Shown here piece after piece: positions 48,915 through 62,760 of a DNA stretch of 64,000 bases. Origin of the DNA: Asterias rubens (Eukaryota); contig NC_047067.1 of the NCBI RefSeq assembly GCF_902459465.1, positions 18,228,001 through 18,292,000 of the forward strand, in the 5' to 3' direction. Each line of letters starts with the position of its first letter. The first letter of the stretch is position 1. Made by a program: the position numbers and the translations under genes. The notes under the pieces were generated by a model. That model worked only from the letters and a program-made list of their open reading frames with translations, searched no databases and was not told the origin of the DNA.

Positions 48915-49252
48915 AGGATGTATGTACAATGTCCACAAATGTACACTAAACTTACACAGTTTGAAGATAATGATAGTAGAAAGCTTCCCTGAAATATTAC
49001 GTGCTGAGGTGCTGTAGTTTTTTGGAAATGAGTAAAACAATGTCATGAAAAGAATTTTGGTCTCATGAGACCAAAATTATGTTAAGCATTTACAAAACGT
49101 ATTTTCATTCCTTTTTTTATACTCATTTCTCAAAAACTACAGCACCTCAGTAAGTAATATTTGAAGGGAAGCTTTCCACTATCATTATCTTCGAACCCTG
49201 TAAGTTTAATGTAAATCTATATGGACATTTTGAAAAAGTACCCAAATCCTTT
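48915..49252. mobile_element. Third TTAA-target MITE family (AGGAT...ATCCT ends)
   Basis: ttaaaggatgtatgtac...gtacccaaatcctttaa; a related end lies at about 17917. Confidence 0.6.
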
Positions 49253-50996
49253 AAAACTTAATCTGAAGTTGTTGATTACTGTTTTAGCTGTTTATTGTCC
49301 AGTTACAAGAAAAACCATGTTCTGCTGTATCCTGTTAACCTTCCGCAATGTGCATCATTGACATGAACTCTTTGTTTACAAGAAGAGTGGTTTCATGGGT
49401 TGTACATTCCATGGCCTTTCTGACCGGCAAGATTCTACACTACACGTGAACAGTTTTCCATTGTATATCATAGTTTCCATGCTGACAAACTGGAGTTACA
49501 AAAATTAACCAAAAATGTGCCTCTTTCTTCATATCAAAAGTTAGTAAAATACAGACGGTACAATCTCCACGAAATATAAGGTTTAATTTTGTATTGCATT
49601 GAGCTGTATACAAATCATGCCTGCAAGAAGTCATCAAGGCTCGGGTAACGTTGGTCACTACTTGAGTGTTATTTTGTTACCTTTGCCGAACGCTGTGACA
49701 TTTTGTTCTTTTGGTTGTTGCTTATTAGTCAAGGCTAACCATAATCTTCAACCATTTGCAACCTGGGTCCAATTTCATAGAGCTTGCTTAGCGGCCATTT
49801 TGTGTTTACTGTGCGATTAACATTTCATATCGCTGCTAACTGTAAGCGTACGAAAAGGTGCGCCAACCTTTCGGTGGTTACTGCACGAAAATAAATGACG
49901 TCACAATGCGATCCATAATGAGTGATTGTGCAATATTGCTGCCTAATTTTTCTGCTAACCTGTGAAATACGCTTGCACCTTATAGCAAATGTTTCTGCTA
50001 CAGAAAGCACAAAAATTTGTTTACCGTTAAAGGCAAAGTACACTTACTATTGGTTATTACAAAAAACAAAATATTAGCATAAAACCTTATTTGGTAACGA
50101 GTAACGGGTTGGAAGTATAACATATTGTGAGAAACGGCTCCCTCTGAAGTGGAGTAGTTTCGAGAAAGAAGTAATTTTCCACGATGATTTGATTTCGAGA
50201 CCTCCGATTTAGAATTTGAGGTCTCGAAGTAAAGCATCTGAAAGCACACAACTTCGTGTGACAAGGGTGCCTTTTTTTTCATTATTGTCTCGCAACTTCG
50301 ATGACCGATTGAGCTTAAGTTTTCACATGTTTGTTATTTTGTGCACAATTATGTTGAGATACAGCAAGTGAGAAGACTGGTCTTTAACAATAACCAATAG
50401 TGTCTTTAAGCGGCCTCATGAAACTGGGCACTGAATGTGCTATACTGTGCGTAAATCCTACAACGCCGTCAACTATGTGGAATTTGACTTTTACAAGTGG
50501 AGCACAAAAAACTAAAGGTCTCAGACTGTCTCAGGCTTAGACTTGATTTCAAGTCTGAGACTGCGGTTATTTCTCTGCATCAGCCACCCAGAGTTCCCCC
50601 ACAATAATGTATCGGCTATCAGGACGACTGAAAACCACGATCACAGACTTGGAACCAAGTATAGCTCTGGCTTTGCCGTAGGCTCTTATGTGTGATCCAA
50701 GGTGGACATAATTCATGCGCTAGACGGAATCTTTTTTCTCGAAATACCGAATGGATAATTGTCTTCATTTCTTTATGTCATGATGTGGCAATCTTTTCAT
50801 CTGATCGCCCGGGGTGTCGTCGCAAGGTGTCGGATGACCATCTGGCAAGAATTGACATAGAAATTGGATCGACGGATTGTATATCTCGTTGCTGCCGCAC
50901 TGAGAGTACGGTAGCTAGCTGTGAGAAGAACTCTGAAGCAATGCCAATATAAGATATCTGACGTGGAAATAAAGATGAAGGCTTGCTAAGGGTTTA

Positions 50997-51365
50997 GTGT
51001 CGGGGCCGAGCGGTTAAGAGCATTGAATTCAGACTCTGGTGTTTCTAATCAGCATGAGTGTGGGTTCGAATCCCCAGCCGTGTTACTTGTGTCCTTAAGC
51101 AAGACACTAAACCATTGCTTCGTCCTTCGGATGGGACGTAAAGCCGTTGGTCTTTTCGAAAAGAGAGGGGGATCGCCCAGGTGTTCCTGGCTGTGGCTGC
51201 TGTATGCGCCGTCGTAGCACCTTGTAAACCCTTACAATGTGCTAAATAATTGGGTCTCAGAATTCATCACTGCAATTACCTATCTTTCTGAAAGTTTGTA
51301 TATGATCAGCGCCTTGAGTACCTTGTTTTGTAGATACGTGTGCTATATAAGACTTCGATCATTAT
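50997..51365 (+). mobile_element. Near full-length tRNA-derived SINE with CORE-like domain and LINE-like tail
   Basis: A-box GGCCGAGCGG, B-box GGTTCGAATCC, CORE-like tgtgtccttaagcaagacactaaacc, tail agcgccttgagtac...gtgctatataaga. A reverse head copy lies at 11565-11652. Confidence 0.75.
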
Positions 51366-51572
51366 TAAGTTTAAATTCACAAGAAGGTCCGGCTTCTTGT
51401 TGGTCACATCCCACAATAAGAAAAGATAGTTTCATTTTGTTTCTTCTTTCTTTTCAGAACACGAGAAGTCTCCCAAATTCCATAAATCTAATTCGCGGTA
51501 GTATAATTTATATACATAGCAAGACAATTTCTCAAAAGAGCATAGTCTACCTTAGGATTCGAACTGCCTCTA

Positions 51573-51762
51573 GCAACCTCGGTAGTCTAGTTGGTAAGAC
51601 ACTGCTCTAGAATTGCAAGGGTCGTGGGTTCGAATCCCACTCGAGTAAGATTTGTTTTCACAGGACTCGGGAAAGTACTGAGTATACAGTGCTAACACAC
51701 ATCGGTGTATGGGTAAAAATCAAAATTATTATTCTTGATCCCCGATGCAAATTTAACATCTC
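51573..51762 (+). mobile_element. tRNA-derived SINE (same family as 1452-1800)
   Basis: A-box TAGTCTAGTTGG, B-box GGTTCGAATCC, family tail gatgcaaatttaacatct. Confidence 0.75.
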
Positions 51763-52444
51763 TTATAGTCTACCTTGCCAGTAGATACATAGTGTGTAAT
51801 ACCGCAAACCAAAGAAATAAATATTGAAACCTCACCATGCCATGCCTCAAATCCCATCTAAGAAAGCTCAAGCAGTATCATACATATCGTATAACAAAAT
51901 GATGTTTAAGTTTCAATATTGTTGTTTTCCTGTTGGGCTGAAATGTTGGTAAACATGCCAATCTCTTCTTAAAATAACAACTGACACGAGTTTAAAGTAA
52001 ATCTTCCCTTCCAATTTCTTTGCGAATTCTGTCGGTGTAGACACATGGTAGACACCATAATTTAACTTGTAGACTGGATACGAGTTGCACTATACGTGAC
52101 TCGACTGGCATCAAGGCATTTTCCTCGCAAACAGCAGAGACATTAAAACAAATTATTTAAAAAAAAATTCCTGGTCATATCTATCTGACTCGGATTCCAG
52201 GTCTCAGGGGGCTGAGACTAATATTCCGGGTCAGGGTGACCCGGAAAGTAGTTAAACGCATGGGATTCCTACTCAAATTTGCGTAACTTTGACCGATTTC
52301 TTGGTAATTTTGACACAGATTACGGGTCATACTGACCCAGTTCTACTGACCCAGAAGTGGGTCAGGCCCCGCGGGATCCAGATCCGGTTCAATTTTGACT
52401 CGGAAATGTTATAGGGTGTACGTCACGAGGAGCCGGTATAAGTT

Positions 52445-52595
52445 TTAATTACAAGTTGATACGACTGTTTACTGTAACTGTTTAAGATGGGTAACTGCTT
52501 AAGATGGAAACCCAGACAACTGTTTACTGTATCTGTTTGAGATGGAAACCTAGACGACTGTTTACTGTAACTGTTTAATATTGAAACCCAGACAG
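52445..52595. repeat. Minisatellite of about 35 bp, 4 copies
   Basis: (g)actgtttactgta(a/t)ctgttt...gatgg(a/g)aac repeated. Confidence 0.75.
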
Positions 52596-53379
52596 TGTTG
52601 ATGGCGCATGACTTGACATGAAGGCGGAAACCTGATAGCATAATGATCATCAGTGAACGGCCGTTTTTTGTTTGAGTCTCCTCCACAAAATGTCTTCCTT
52701 AGTGCTTTGATCCTTGTCTGTTTCCACACCTTCCACTTATGATCGTCATGCGCTGCGAAAGCAGAGAGCCAGACTACTCGAGCGGGAAAATGAAGAGTAA
52801 TTTGAGAATATATTTAATTTCGTCTGTTTGCGATTGGAAGCGCCCATCTAATTCCCCAATTTCCTCCGTCGGTTCGTCGGTAATGTTCCGTTTACCGAAC
52901 CTTTGTTTGGTTATTCATGGTTGATTCTTCCTCTGCTATCATCAGTTCCTTTCCAAAATGGTCATCAATTCCATCCCGAGATGTTTTAATTATTTTGTTA
53001 TTTCTCGATCGAAGAAAACGTTTGGATTAAAGGTTGCATGAAATTTGATTCTACGGTTGGGTTTTCGTGAAAGACGCGTTTAGAATTGCTGCAGCTTGTA
53101 TTGGGTTATTGGTGCCATGTCTTCGGACTATGACATGATGTACGAATATACAAGCCAAGTTTGTATAGTGGATATAAGCTTGGAGGTGGCCCATTGGAGA
53201 AAATTCCCGTAATGAATTGATCGGTACGTAAAAAAGCCTTTCCAAATTATTGATTTGCCCCAACACCAAATGACTGTCCCACCACATGTCACACACACAA
53301 CCTTACGGATCCGGTTTGTGGGTGTTCTATTTTTCCCTTTTCCAAATAATTATCTTATGGGGTACAGGTTGAACACAAT

Positions 53380-53495
53380 TGTTTTCCCCTTGTGGGGTCC
53401 ATCGGTAAAAATATTTCCCTTTCGGGGTCCATTGGTAAAAATATTGTCCTTGTGGGGTCCGTTGGTAAAACTATTGCCCTTGTGGGGTCCATTGG
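53380..53495. repeat. 30-bp minisatellite, about 4 copies
   Basis: cccttgtggggtcc(a/g)t(c/t)ggtaaaa repeated at 30-bp spacing. Confidence 0.85.
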
Positions 53496-54248
53496 GGGTG
53501 TAATAGACCACACGATGGCCCTTCCGTAAGCACACACCTCTGTGTTGCAGACACTGTTTGGAAATCCATGTGTTCTGTACACTTAAGGGGAATCATATTC
53601 TGCAACACAGTATAAACAACACTGTGTGGACGTGTGTAAGTCCACACTGTTTCTACATTGTGTGGACTTCTTTTGTTCAAAGGTCCAGGTCGTATACAGC
53701 GTTAAAACATGGTGTGATTATTATTGTCTTTCTGTCATGAAACCACCATCAGACTTTAAAAGAGACAACCACTATCACCCTGTGCCGAGGATGCATTTCG
53801 GATGTGGGAGGAAAAACCACAAGAACAACCTACGCAATGCGGTCATTTCTTTCTTTTCCTTCGTGGCGGGTTGTTGAGATTCAAACCCACGGTGCGGTTT
53901 TACCCACTCCCCATTTTGATTGCAATCAAAATATGATGCTGTTTTGATATAATATGGAAACACAATGATAAAACTACTTGCGTGGAATCTAATTTGTATA
54001 GCGAGGAGGGGACGACCACAAAGGAAGTTTATGTTGTAAAGATACAGCCTCTTGACAGGTGTTTCACACCTACACTAAGGTATACAACCTCTTACACATT
54101 AGCTAAACTTTACTCAGGATTTACGTCGGTGAGTTGCCACCCCCGGATTTGCCTGAAAGGTTTTTTTATGCACAGACAAATGAACTTTTGAGAGATTAAG
54201 TTGAGTGTTGTGCAGTCTCGCGTCTCTTCAGCTTCCGTAATGTCTTAA

Positions 54249-54630
54249 AGACAATGGACACCTTTGGTAATTGTCAAAGATCTTCTCACTTGGTGTATCT
54301 CAACTTAACATATGCATAAAATAACCAACCTGTGAAAATTTGAGCTGAATTGGTCGTCGAAGTTGCGAGATAAATGAAAGAAAAAAGCACCGTTGTCTCA
54401 CGAAGTTGTGTGCGTTCAGATGCTTGATTTCGAGACCTTAAATTCTAAATCTGAGGTCTCGAAATCAAATTCGTTGAAAATTACTTCTTTCTCGAAAACT
54501 ACGTTACTTCAGAGGGAGCCGTTTCTCATAATGTTTTATACTACCAACAGCTTTCCATTACTCATTATCAAGTAAGTTTTTATGCTAAACATTATTTTGA
54601 GTAATTACCATGCAATAGTGTCCACTGCCT
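54249..54630. mobile_element. TTAA-target MITE, Kolobok-like family copy
   Basis: TTAA at 54245-54248 and 54631-54634; family body. Confidence 0.8.
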
Positions 54631-57600
54631 TTAACAGTCGGGTTTAAATGTTATTGATAAACAAAAACAGAAACTCTCCTGACAGTTACTCATCAAAATA
54701 ATACTGATTTCACTTTCCTTTGTGATAATCTTATGTGGGTTTTAATAGTAAAAAGTTACTATTAAACCATAAAATTAGTGTGCTGTTGAAACTATTATTT
54801 ATATTACCAAGTGAAACATGGAAGTGGCTTGCGAATCATGAACATACATAATTATTCAAATATTTTTTGTTTTTTTTTTGGGGGGGGGTATTCACAGATA
54901 AAGTGACCAGCAGCAGTAGTTGAAAGGGTTACTTAACAACGATAAAAGTATGTAAAAAATAAATGCGAACACTAAAAGGCCAAATTGTAAATGATATTTC
55001 GCTGGTAGGCCTACTATAATGATTTGTGTATGTTACAAAGTGAAACAAGGAAGTGGCATTTGATGCATGAATATGCAAATTTGATATCCCAACCAACCCC
55101 ATCCTTACACCCGCTCTCTTTAACACATGTTTTATCAAAAATACAGGTTTTGGGGTTTCAGATGTGTGTATTATTTTCGAGTGACTTAAAAACCTTTATC
55201 ATAGTGCAGTCATCGTGAATTTATTCCTATTGATATCATTGTTACCAAACCGAGGCTGGAGGAACAAAATAGTCTGGTTCCTATTTGCAAAATGATTATT
55301 ATCATTCATTATTGTTACTTGATACGAGGAGCATGACCAAGATGGAGACAGCATGGTAATTGAAGGGTCCACACTGTCTGATAACATAGCCAGCGTAGTG
55401 TCCTCTCAAAGCCACAATCCCGTAACCATTTTGCCGTGAGGTTGTTTTCATAATATTTGTGTTCCAATTCCTGCGAGAATAGCTGCAAGTTCTGCTGTGT
55501 AGTAGTAGTAATGGTATGCACAGCAAGCTTTATTTCCCACAAGGGCGAGACTGATTGAGGGAGAATGGTGCGACGGAGCGTGCCTGGCAACTCTGCGCCT
55601 TTATGGGCTAATCCAATAAGGCCCGTGCAAACACACCGCGTGCATCTTCGCGCCATAATGGATGTTGTTTAATAGTCGGGAACGTTTTCCGTTTTCACAA
55701 GTGTGGCACTCCGTAACTGCTATAAGACCAAAGTACCAAGGAACACTCTGTTCAGATTTGTTTTAGCTGATGTTTTTACGAAAAGGAAATGTTTTTCGGT
55801 TATGTCACTTTAGAGGGAGCCGTTTCTCACAACATTTTATACCATCAACCTCTCCCCGTTACTCGTAACCAAGTAAAGTTTAATGCTAATCATTATTTTG
55901 AGTAATTACGAATAGGGCCCACTGCCTTTAAAGGAAAAGTATACCTTTGGTTTTTGGATCCGTTCGATTGTTTTAGTCTTATATAAATGTAGATGTGTAC
56001 AATAGAACCAACATGTCCATCTTAAACTTTAAAAGGTGCTCGCACTGTTGATATATCTCCGAAAATTCGATGCAAATATGTCTACGCATTAGGTGGAATA
56101 ATCCGAAATACACAACGCTTTTCAGATTCAATTTTTGGGGGCATAACAACTGTTATACGTAGCACATATTTTTAAATAACCACATTACTTCGAATTGAAA
56201 TGTTTCGAAAGCTGATGTATGCTTCATAACCAAAACTTTTTAACGCCATACATTTAAGACTGTATAATACCAAACGTGTAATATACCTTTCCCTTTGGAG
56301 GGTGACGTGTTTTTTTCCTCGGCAATTTTGTTTTTGTTTTCATTACATCGTGATAAGAGTGTCATTATAAACCCTGGTCAGTTTGTTTAGTCTTTCCTCG
56401 AGTAGGAATGTATCCACAGGAAAATGTTCTAAGGGGAAAAATATATTTGTTTACTTTTGGATCCAAAGTTTGTCATTATTGGACACTTTCGGTAAACAGG
56501 TCCAAGGCCCACTTTTCGTGTATCACAACTTCTGTATAAGATAACAAACCTGTGGAAATTTAGGCTCAATCGGCCATCGGAGTCGGGAGAAAATAACGGG
56601 AAAACCCACCCTTGTTTCCGCACGTTTCGCCGTGTCATGACATGTGTTTGAAATAAATCCGTAACTCTGGATATCGAGAAATGATACTGTTTTAATGTTT
56701 TCTCAAAAAGTATAGCATTTCATGGAATAATATTTCAAGAGAATCTTTCACCATTACCTTCTGTAAACCCTGTAAGTTATTTGTAAATCTGTGAACTTTA
56801 AAATAAGATTCTGTACCGAAAGTGTCCAATGGCTTTAAAGGTATACATGAAAAGGAAAGAAAGCATAATGACTAGAAGCTTATTTGATTACGAAGTTCAG
56901 TTAGAAGTATTTTTCTGCGGAACATTTTCCACTGAAATGTAGCAAAATTCTAAAGAACTGTTTCTGAAAATCTTTTTTTTTTAAGCGCAACAGCTGATAT
57001 TGATTGTTACAACCCTTTACAACCAAAAGTAATGACAATTCAAAAATGAATTGTTGATATAGGTCTTGTTCCTAGACGTTCACCTTGCCAATTCTTTCAA
57101 GGATGTTTAATTGTGTCTTCCAATGGCTCTTGGGGCACGTGATTGGAGGCTGAAGAAGAAGAAAAAAAAAAGAAATGTGTATAGCTGCAGGGGAGAGCTA
57201 AAAATAAACAAGAATTGCGGATGGCTTGGTTGGCCTTAAAGACAAAATTACTTTAACACGTGCGCAACATTACACTTGGGTATTGTGCTAATCGTGGTGT
57301 CCACATTCATATATACTAGGGCGTTCAATATTGCATTCGAGCACAACAGGACTTCGCGTTTTTCCAGATTTTAATTTCGAACTCAAGAAAATGCATTCAA
57401 TTTGGTGGTTGGTTGTTTTTCCTCCAGAATACACCATTAAAGAATTATTCATAATACCGTACATAATTGATACACTTTTTTGATGTAGATGTATGCAGAA
57501 TAGAGCGGCTATTTTGGCCATCAACAACCTAATACTGGTTGGCAGTTTCATTGCTGTTTTTCCCATTTATCAATAGTAGTATATGTTGCCAATACGTAAA

Positions 57601-57669
57601 GTTATTGGTTTGTAATGACAGGATGACGAAAGAAGGATGCTCTTTGACCCATCTTGCGCGCAAAGTGCG

Positions 57670-58035
57670 TTTCTTGCATTGCACGTGACGTCATTGACCG
57701 CCATCTTTGATTATGAACAACGGAAAAGTGCACGTGTGTAGGCGCTGTGCACGACTCTTATAGGTGGCTACAGCTACGGCTCATAGATGTAGAATGTTAT
57801 ATTATATTCTATACCTATGCCACGGCTACGGTTAGATTTCCGTGTCATTATGCCTTGCAGTATAGGACGTCCTCATCAACGCACTATAGTAACAGTCGTA
57901 GCCTTAGCCGGATACGGCCTTAGCCAATGATATCCTTCACACGTGCACGTTTCACTAACGATGGCAGACAATGCAATTGTTTCGTCATCGCTTTAACTCC
58001 AAGATGGCGGCATGATGACGTCAATGCACAAGGTC
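57670..58035. repeat. Imperfect inverted repeat pair, each arm carrying TGACGTCA plus CGCCATCTT
   Basis: gtgacgtcattgaccgccatcttt (57685-57708) versus aagatggcggcatgatgacgtca (58001-58023). Confidence 0.55.
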
Positions 58036-58713
58036 TGTTTCGATCAGACTAAACAATCTTATTCACCGAAAAGAGGCTTGGGGGCTCATAACGATTACAG
58101 CTTGTTTTAACATAAGCAGTCAGGGAGCTAGACATGCAATCGTTTAAGATTTACAAAATTCTTCATAACGGAAAAAGATACCCTTGAGGCCCAGGTCTTC
58201 AACCATAAAGAGCGCTCACTTACAATACAAAAGGGACGGATCGGCTGGGACTAAATTGTGCAGTATGGAATCTGCAGCAGGCAGAATCAATCTTAACGAA
58301 CCTGGTGCTTCCAGGTCTTAGGCAGACACCTGAACTTTTTGCTTTCTTATACAAGCTGACGATATCAGTATAATAATTTGCAAAAATACAGCCGAGTTTC
58401 GTCATGCATTGAAGATACCATCGATGTTTTACAAATCAATTCATCTCTTTTCTTCGTGCAAAACGTAAACCCTCCATTTTTTTTTGGGGGGGGGAGGGGG
58501 GGGTGGGGGGGGGGGGTTGAAAATCTATCTCCGATTCTGTAAAGGATATTTGATGGTTTCTTTTCGGCCAAGGTATTAGGTGTATACGTTGTGTGAGGGT
58601 GATCATTTTAACATTAATTTGAGCATTTAAAAAAATCCTGAGAAAATAGTTGTTGCAAACTGCTTACCAACCAAAAGGACCTATGGTATAAATGCAAACA
58701 ATAGTTAAATTAA

Positions 58714-59065
58714 ACGCAGTGGACACTATTGGTAATTACTCAAAATATTTATTAGCATTTCTTTCTTGGGAAGGAGTAATTGGGAGAGTTTGGTAGTATA
58801 AAACGTTGTTAGAAACGGCTCCCTCTGAGTTTTCGAGAAAGAAGTAATTTTCCACGAATTTGATTTCGAGACCTCAGATTTAGAATTTGAGGTCAAGCGT
58901 CTGAACGCACACAACTTCGTGTGACAAGGTTTTTTTTTCTTTCATCTCGCAACTTCGACGAACGATTGAGCTCAAATTTTCACAGGTTTGTTATTTTATG
59001 CATATGTTGAGATACAGCAAGTGAGAAGACTCGTCTTTGGCAATTACCAATAGTGTCCAGTGTCT
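58714..59065. mobile_element. TTAA-target MITE, Kolobok-like family copy
   Basis: TTAA flanks; family TIRs and body with small deletions. Confidence 0.8.
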
Positions 59066-62000
59066 TTAATGGTCTGGTATTTCGACCTTGGCCAAGTCTT
59101 TCTGGTAAGACTCTGAAGGCACTGGATTCTATTGGTTATTACTCCCCAAAATTGTTAGCATAAAAACTTACTTGATAACGAGCAATGGAAAGCTGTTGAT
59201 AGTATAACACATTGTGAGAAACAGCTTCCTCTGAAGTAACGTAGTTTTTGAGAAAGAGGTAATTTATCTCTCAAATATTAAGTGACCTCAGTCCTGAAGC
59301 CTTTATATTAATTTCTCTTTCATTATTCTCTTGCAACTTCAATGACCAATTAAGTCCAAATTTTCACAGATTTGTTATTCTATGCATATGTTGAGATACA
59401 CCAAGTGAGAAGATTGGTCTTTGACAATTACCAAAGATGTCCAGTGCCTTTAATGTCAATAAACCCTATCACAAAGAGGTTACACTGGTATCCTGCCCGT
59501 TGTCAAACCATTATCATATCATCTTCTACGCATAAATTCACCTTTCATCTCACACACTACACAAAGACCTATAGACCTTGTTCCGGCCAATTCGCCGTGA
59601 AAATTGTCTCGTTATTAAAATGCAATAGGCTCGCTGAGATTTTTTAATCAAATTATTTCCAGCAATAACAATTCCCCGAACAATAAGATATATATAAAGA
59701 GAGAGAGAGAAGAATGAGGAATTTAATTTTGCAAGGTCCGCCTGCTGAGTGACGGCATATGCCAGTACCATGCACCAGTGGTGATTCCGTGCATTAGCAT
59801 TTTGTGATCCTGCACGCCGCGTTGAGTGTCATCATCCCTTGCCATCTTGCAAGTTTTTTTTTCAATTGTAAATTAAAGGGATATTTAAAGGAACATTACA
59901 GAATTGTTTTCTGCTATAAAAAAACATTTGCTGGCAGTGTAAGCTCTTTATGTTATTCACTATATTATACATAAACGGACAAACCTGTAGAAGTTTGAGA
60001 TCGATCGGCTATCTGGGTCACGAGAAAATAGTGAAAAACTGATTACACATTTGCATGACATCAATGTAAACGGGAAATTTCTTATAAAATATCGTATCTC
60101 AGACAGGAATATTTCAAGAGATGTTTTCTACTATAATCATCATTAGGCCGTGAAAAGTTTTATGTAAATCTGCGATCTTAGACGATTTTTTTCTTACAAA
60201 TTCTGTAATGTTCCTTTAACTTGATGTGTAGCCTTTGAAACCCATGTGCGTCGTCAAATTATTAATTTCAATCTCAAACACAAAAAGTATTGACTAAACT
60301 GGTATGCTCAGCTGTAAGCATTTTACCTGTAATTTGAACTTACAGTTCGATCCTTATTTCAACATAAGGATATTTGAGTGTACTTTCCATATGTTTGTGT
60401 CTAAGATCTGACAGTTGTAAGAAAACAGTGCGATAACACTTTCTGAGACAACTTCCATTCTTGAGCAATATTTGCTTGTGATATTGATCTTGTACTGGTG
60501 AGGTTGGTTTCCAATAAGACCGTGGTCTAAAACCTTCCCGTATACCTCTTTAATTGCACAACCATGGAGAGGTTCTTTTTCTTGTTTAAACAACGCACTA
60601 TTTATCATGAAGCACTCGACATTGACAAGCAGTTCTCCAGGCTGGACAGTGAGAACGAGTGAGGATAAACTTTGGAACACATTCTTCCGATTGCCTCGGT
60701 TTACAGACAAATTCTTTATCATCTCAGCCATCTATGTACCCCAACCCTGACAACATCACTATCTTGCGGGGCGGCAGTATTATATAGGGCTAAGACACTG
60801 TCGTGATCTCTACTGCAGATACACGGGTCGCCTTGGTGAGGGATTTTCGTCTTCTATTTGGGTTATATTGTCCCTTCGCTCTCAAAGCCCCCCTAAGGCA
60901 CTGTCGCGCAAACTGATATTGAACACATTCACTTTCTTCTCAAACCCCGCTCTTAGCGACTCTCTGAGAAGTGCTCATCCCCGGTCCGATGCGTTGCCAC
61001 GGCAACAACCTCTTATCATCGCTGCTCGCCATGCACTTGTGTAAAAGCAAGTGTACGGTTTGACTTGGTAGTGAGATGCACATCCGCGGGCTTTATAGAT
61101 GAATGTTTCTCTCAAATTTCCTCGAGATTGCAACGAAGGGTTTTATGTGTGTGTAATGCGGTAGATGGTCCAGGACCAATGTTCGTATATTACCTACAGT
61201 GGCACTACTAGCATGGTTCAATTAAAAACCTACTTGCAGATACATACAGAGATGTCCAAATCCCGCGTGTCTTAACCCCTTGTAGCTGTAATCAACTGAA
61301 TAGGATGATGTGAATGCACTGTATTGCACTTGTAAAGGATAATGTCCAACACAGTTATAAATGACATGTGTATAAAAAGGATCTTGTCTCATGCAGTTTG
61401 TAATTTCCCCCTCCATTCATTTCGGTCCACTAATTCTAAATGCAAAACGCCAATCAGTGACTCGGTGAGTATACTTTTGGGAAGATTAAGAAATGGCATT
61501 TACATCTTCAAATCTGTTTGGGGTTGTTGAGGTTTTTTTCAATTTGACTGTAGCCTGTTTATATTCCATGCAAAGAATGGGCCTATACCTACTTGTTCAA
61601 AGTAGAAATCATCTGTCAGATAAAGACGGTTAAAACAGCGAGTTACATTGGTGACTTCTAGAATATCCATCATACTGTTATTTTCTAAAATACAAATTTA
61701 TTTTACATGCACTGGCCACCTTTGGTAATTGTCAAAGACCAGTATTCTTCTTACTTGGTGTATCCCAACATATGCATTAAATATTATTGTGTGCTTTCAG
61801 GCCTGTGGAAGTCTTTTAATATTTGAGTGAGAAATTACCTTTTTCTAAACAACTATATTACTTCAGAGGGAGCCGTTTCTGACAATGTTTTAGGTCTATA
61901 CTATCAACAGCTCTCCATTGTTCGTTATCAAGTAGGTTTTTATACTAAGTAGGGTTTTTTTCTTTGACAATTATAGCAATAGTGTCAGTGTCTTTAAAAG

Positions 62001-62109
62001 ATACCAAACCGAAGTGTATCGACTTTTAAATGAGGCAGTATGGACACTTTACTGCACTTATAGATCAATGAGGCCATTCGATGTTTTTTCACGCTGAATC
62101 AAGTCCTAT

Positions 62110-62760
62110 GTGGGCATATAAAATGAACATCGAAACCATTTAATTTTACACAATTTCTGCTTGTTGGTTGCGTGATTCTTTTGTCTTAAACTTGACAGAT
62201 TCACTCTCTTGAAAGAAAGCAGGACAAAAGGCTTTTTAATGAAGCAGGATGAAAACTTAACTCCAAAGTGCTCAGAATATTCCAACAAAAAAGAGGACAT
62301 TCGATGTTTTATTGCCCAAAGCAGGACCATTGGAGCATATAAAATGAACATAGAAACAATAAACCCGGTTTACACAACTTCTGCTTGTTGCTTGCGTGAT
62401 TGTTTTGTCTCAAACTACAGATTCGCTCACTTGAAAAAATATATATATAAAAAATGAAGCAATTTAGATGTTTTATTGCCCAAAGCAGGCACATTGGAGC
62501 ATATAAAATGAACATGGAAACAGATTTTACCAATTTACACAATTTCTGTTTGTTGGTTGGGTGATTGTTTTGTCTCAAATTACAGATTCGCTCTCTTGAA
62601 AAAAAAAACCCAGATAGGGTCTTTAATGAAGCAAGATGAAAACATAACTCCACTATGTGACTTCGACGATGCCATTAACAATGAGGCCATTTGTTACTTT
62701 TATTGCCAAAATAAGTCCCTCTGGGCATATAAAAATAACATAGGAAACCAATCACCCAGT
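62110..62760. repeat. Degenerate tandem repeat of about 160-225 bp, 3-4 units
   Basis: Units are anchored on gcatataaaatgaacat at about 62113, 62335, 62499 and 62725. Confidence 0.75.

Noticed and set aside
51573-51648. Genuine tRNA gene
   Set aside because: The acceptor and anticodon stems pair poorly, and the head continues into a repeated SINE body found elsewhere in the window.
52600-52990. Coding-like minus-strand stretch (KWKVWKQTRIKALRKTFC)
   Set aside because: It is broken by stops and frame changes with no recognisable family, so it cannot be supported.
60354-60785. 125-aa minus-strand ORF with TATATAA about 50 nt upstream
   Set aside because: No homology or motif was recognised, and several clearly spurious ORFs of similar length occur in this window; it needs RNA evidence.
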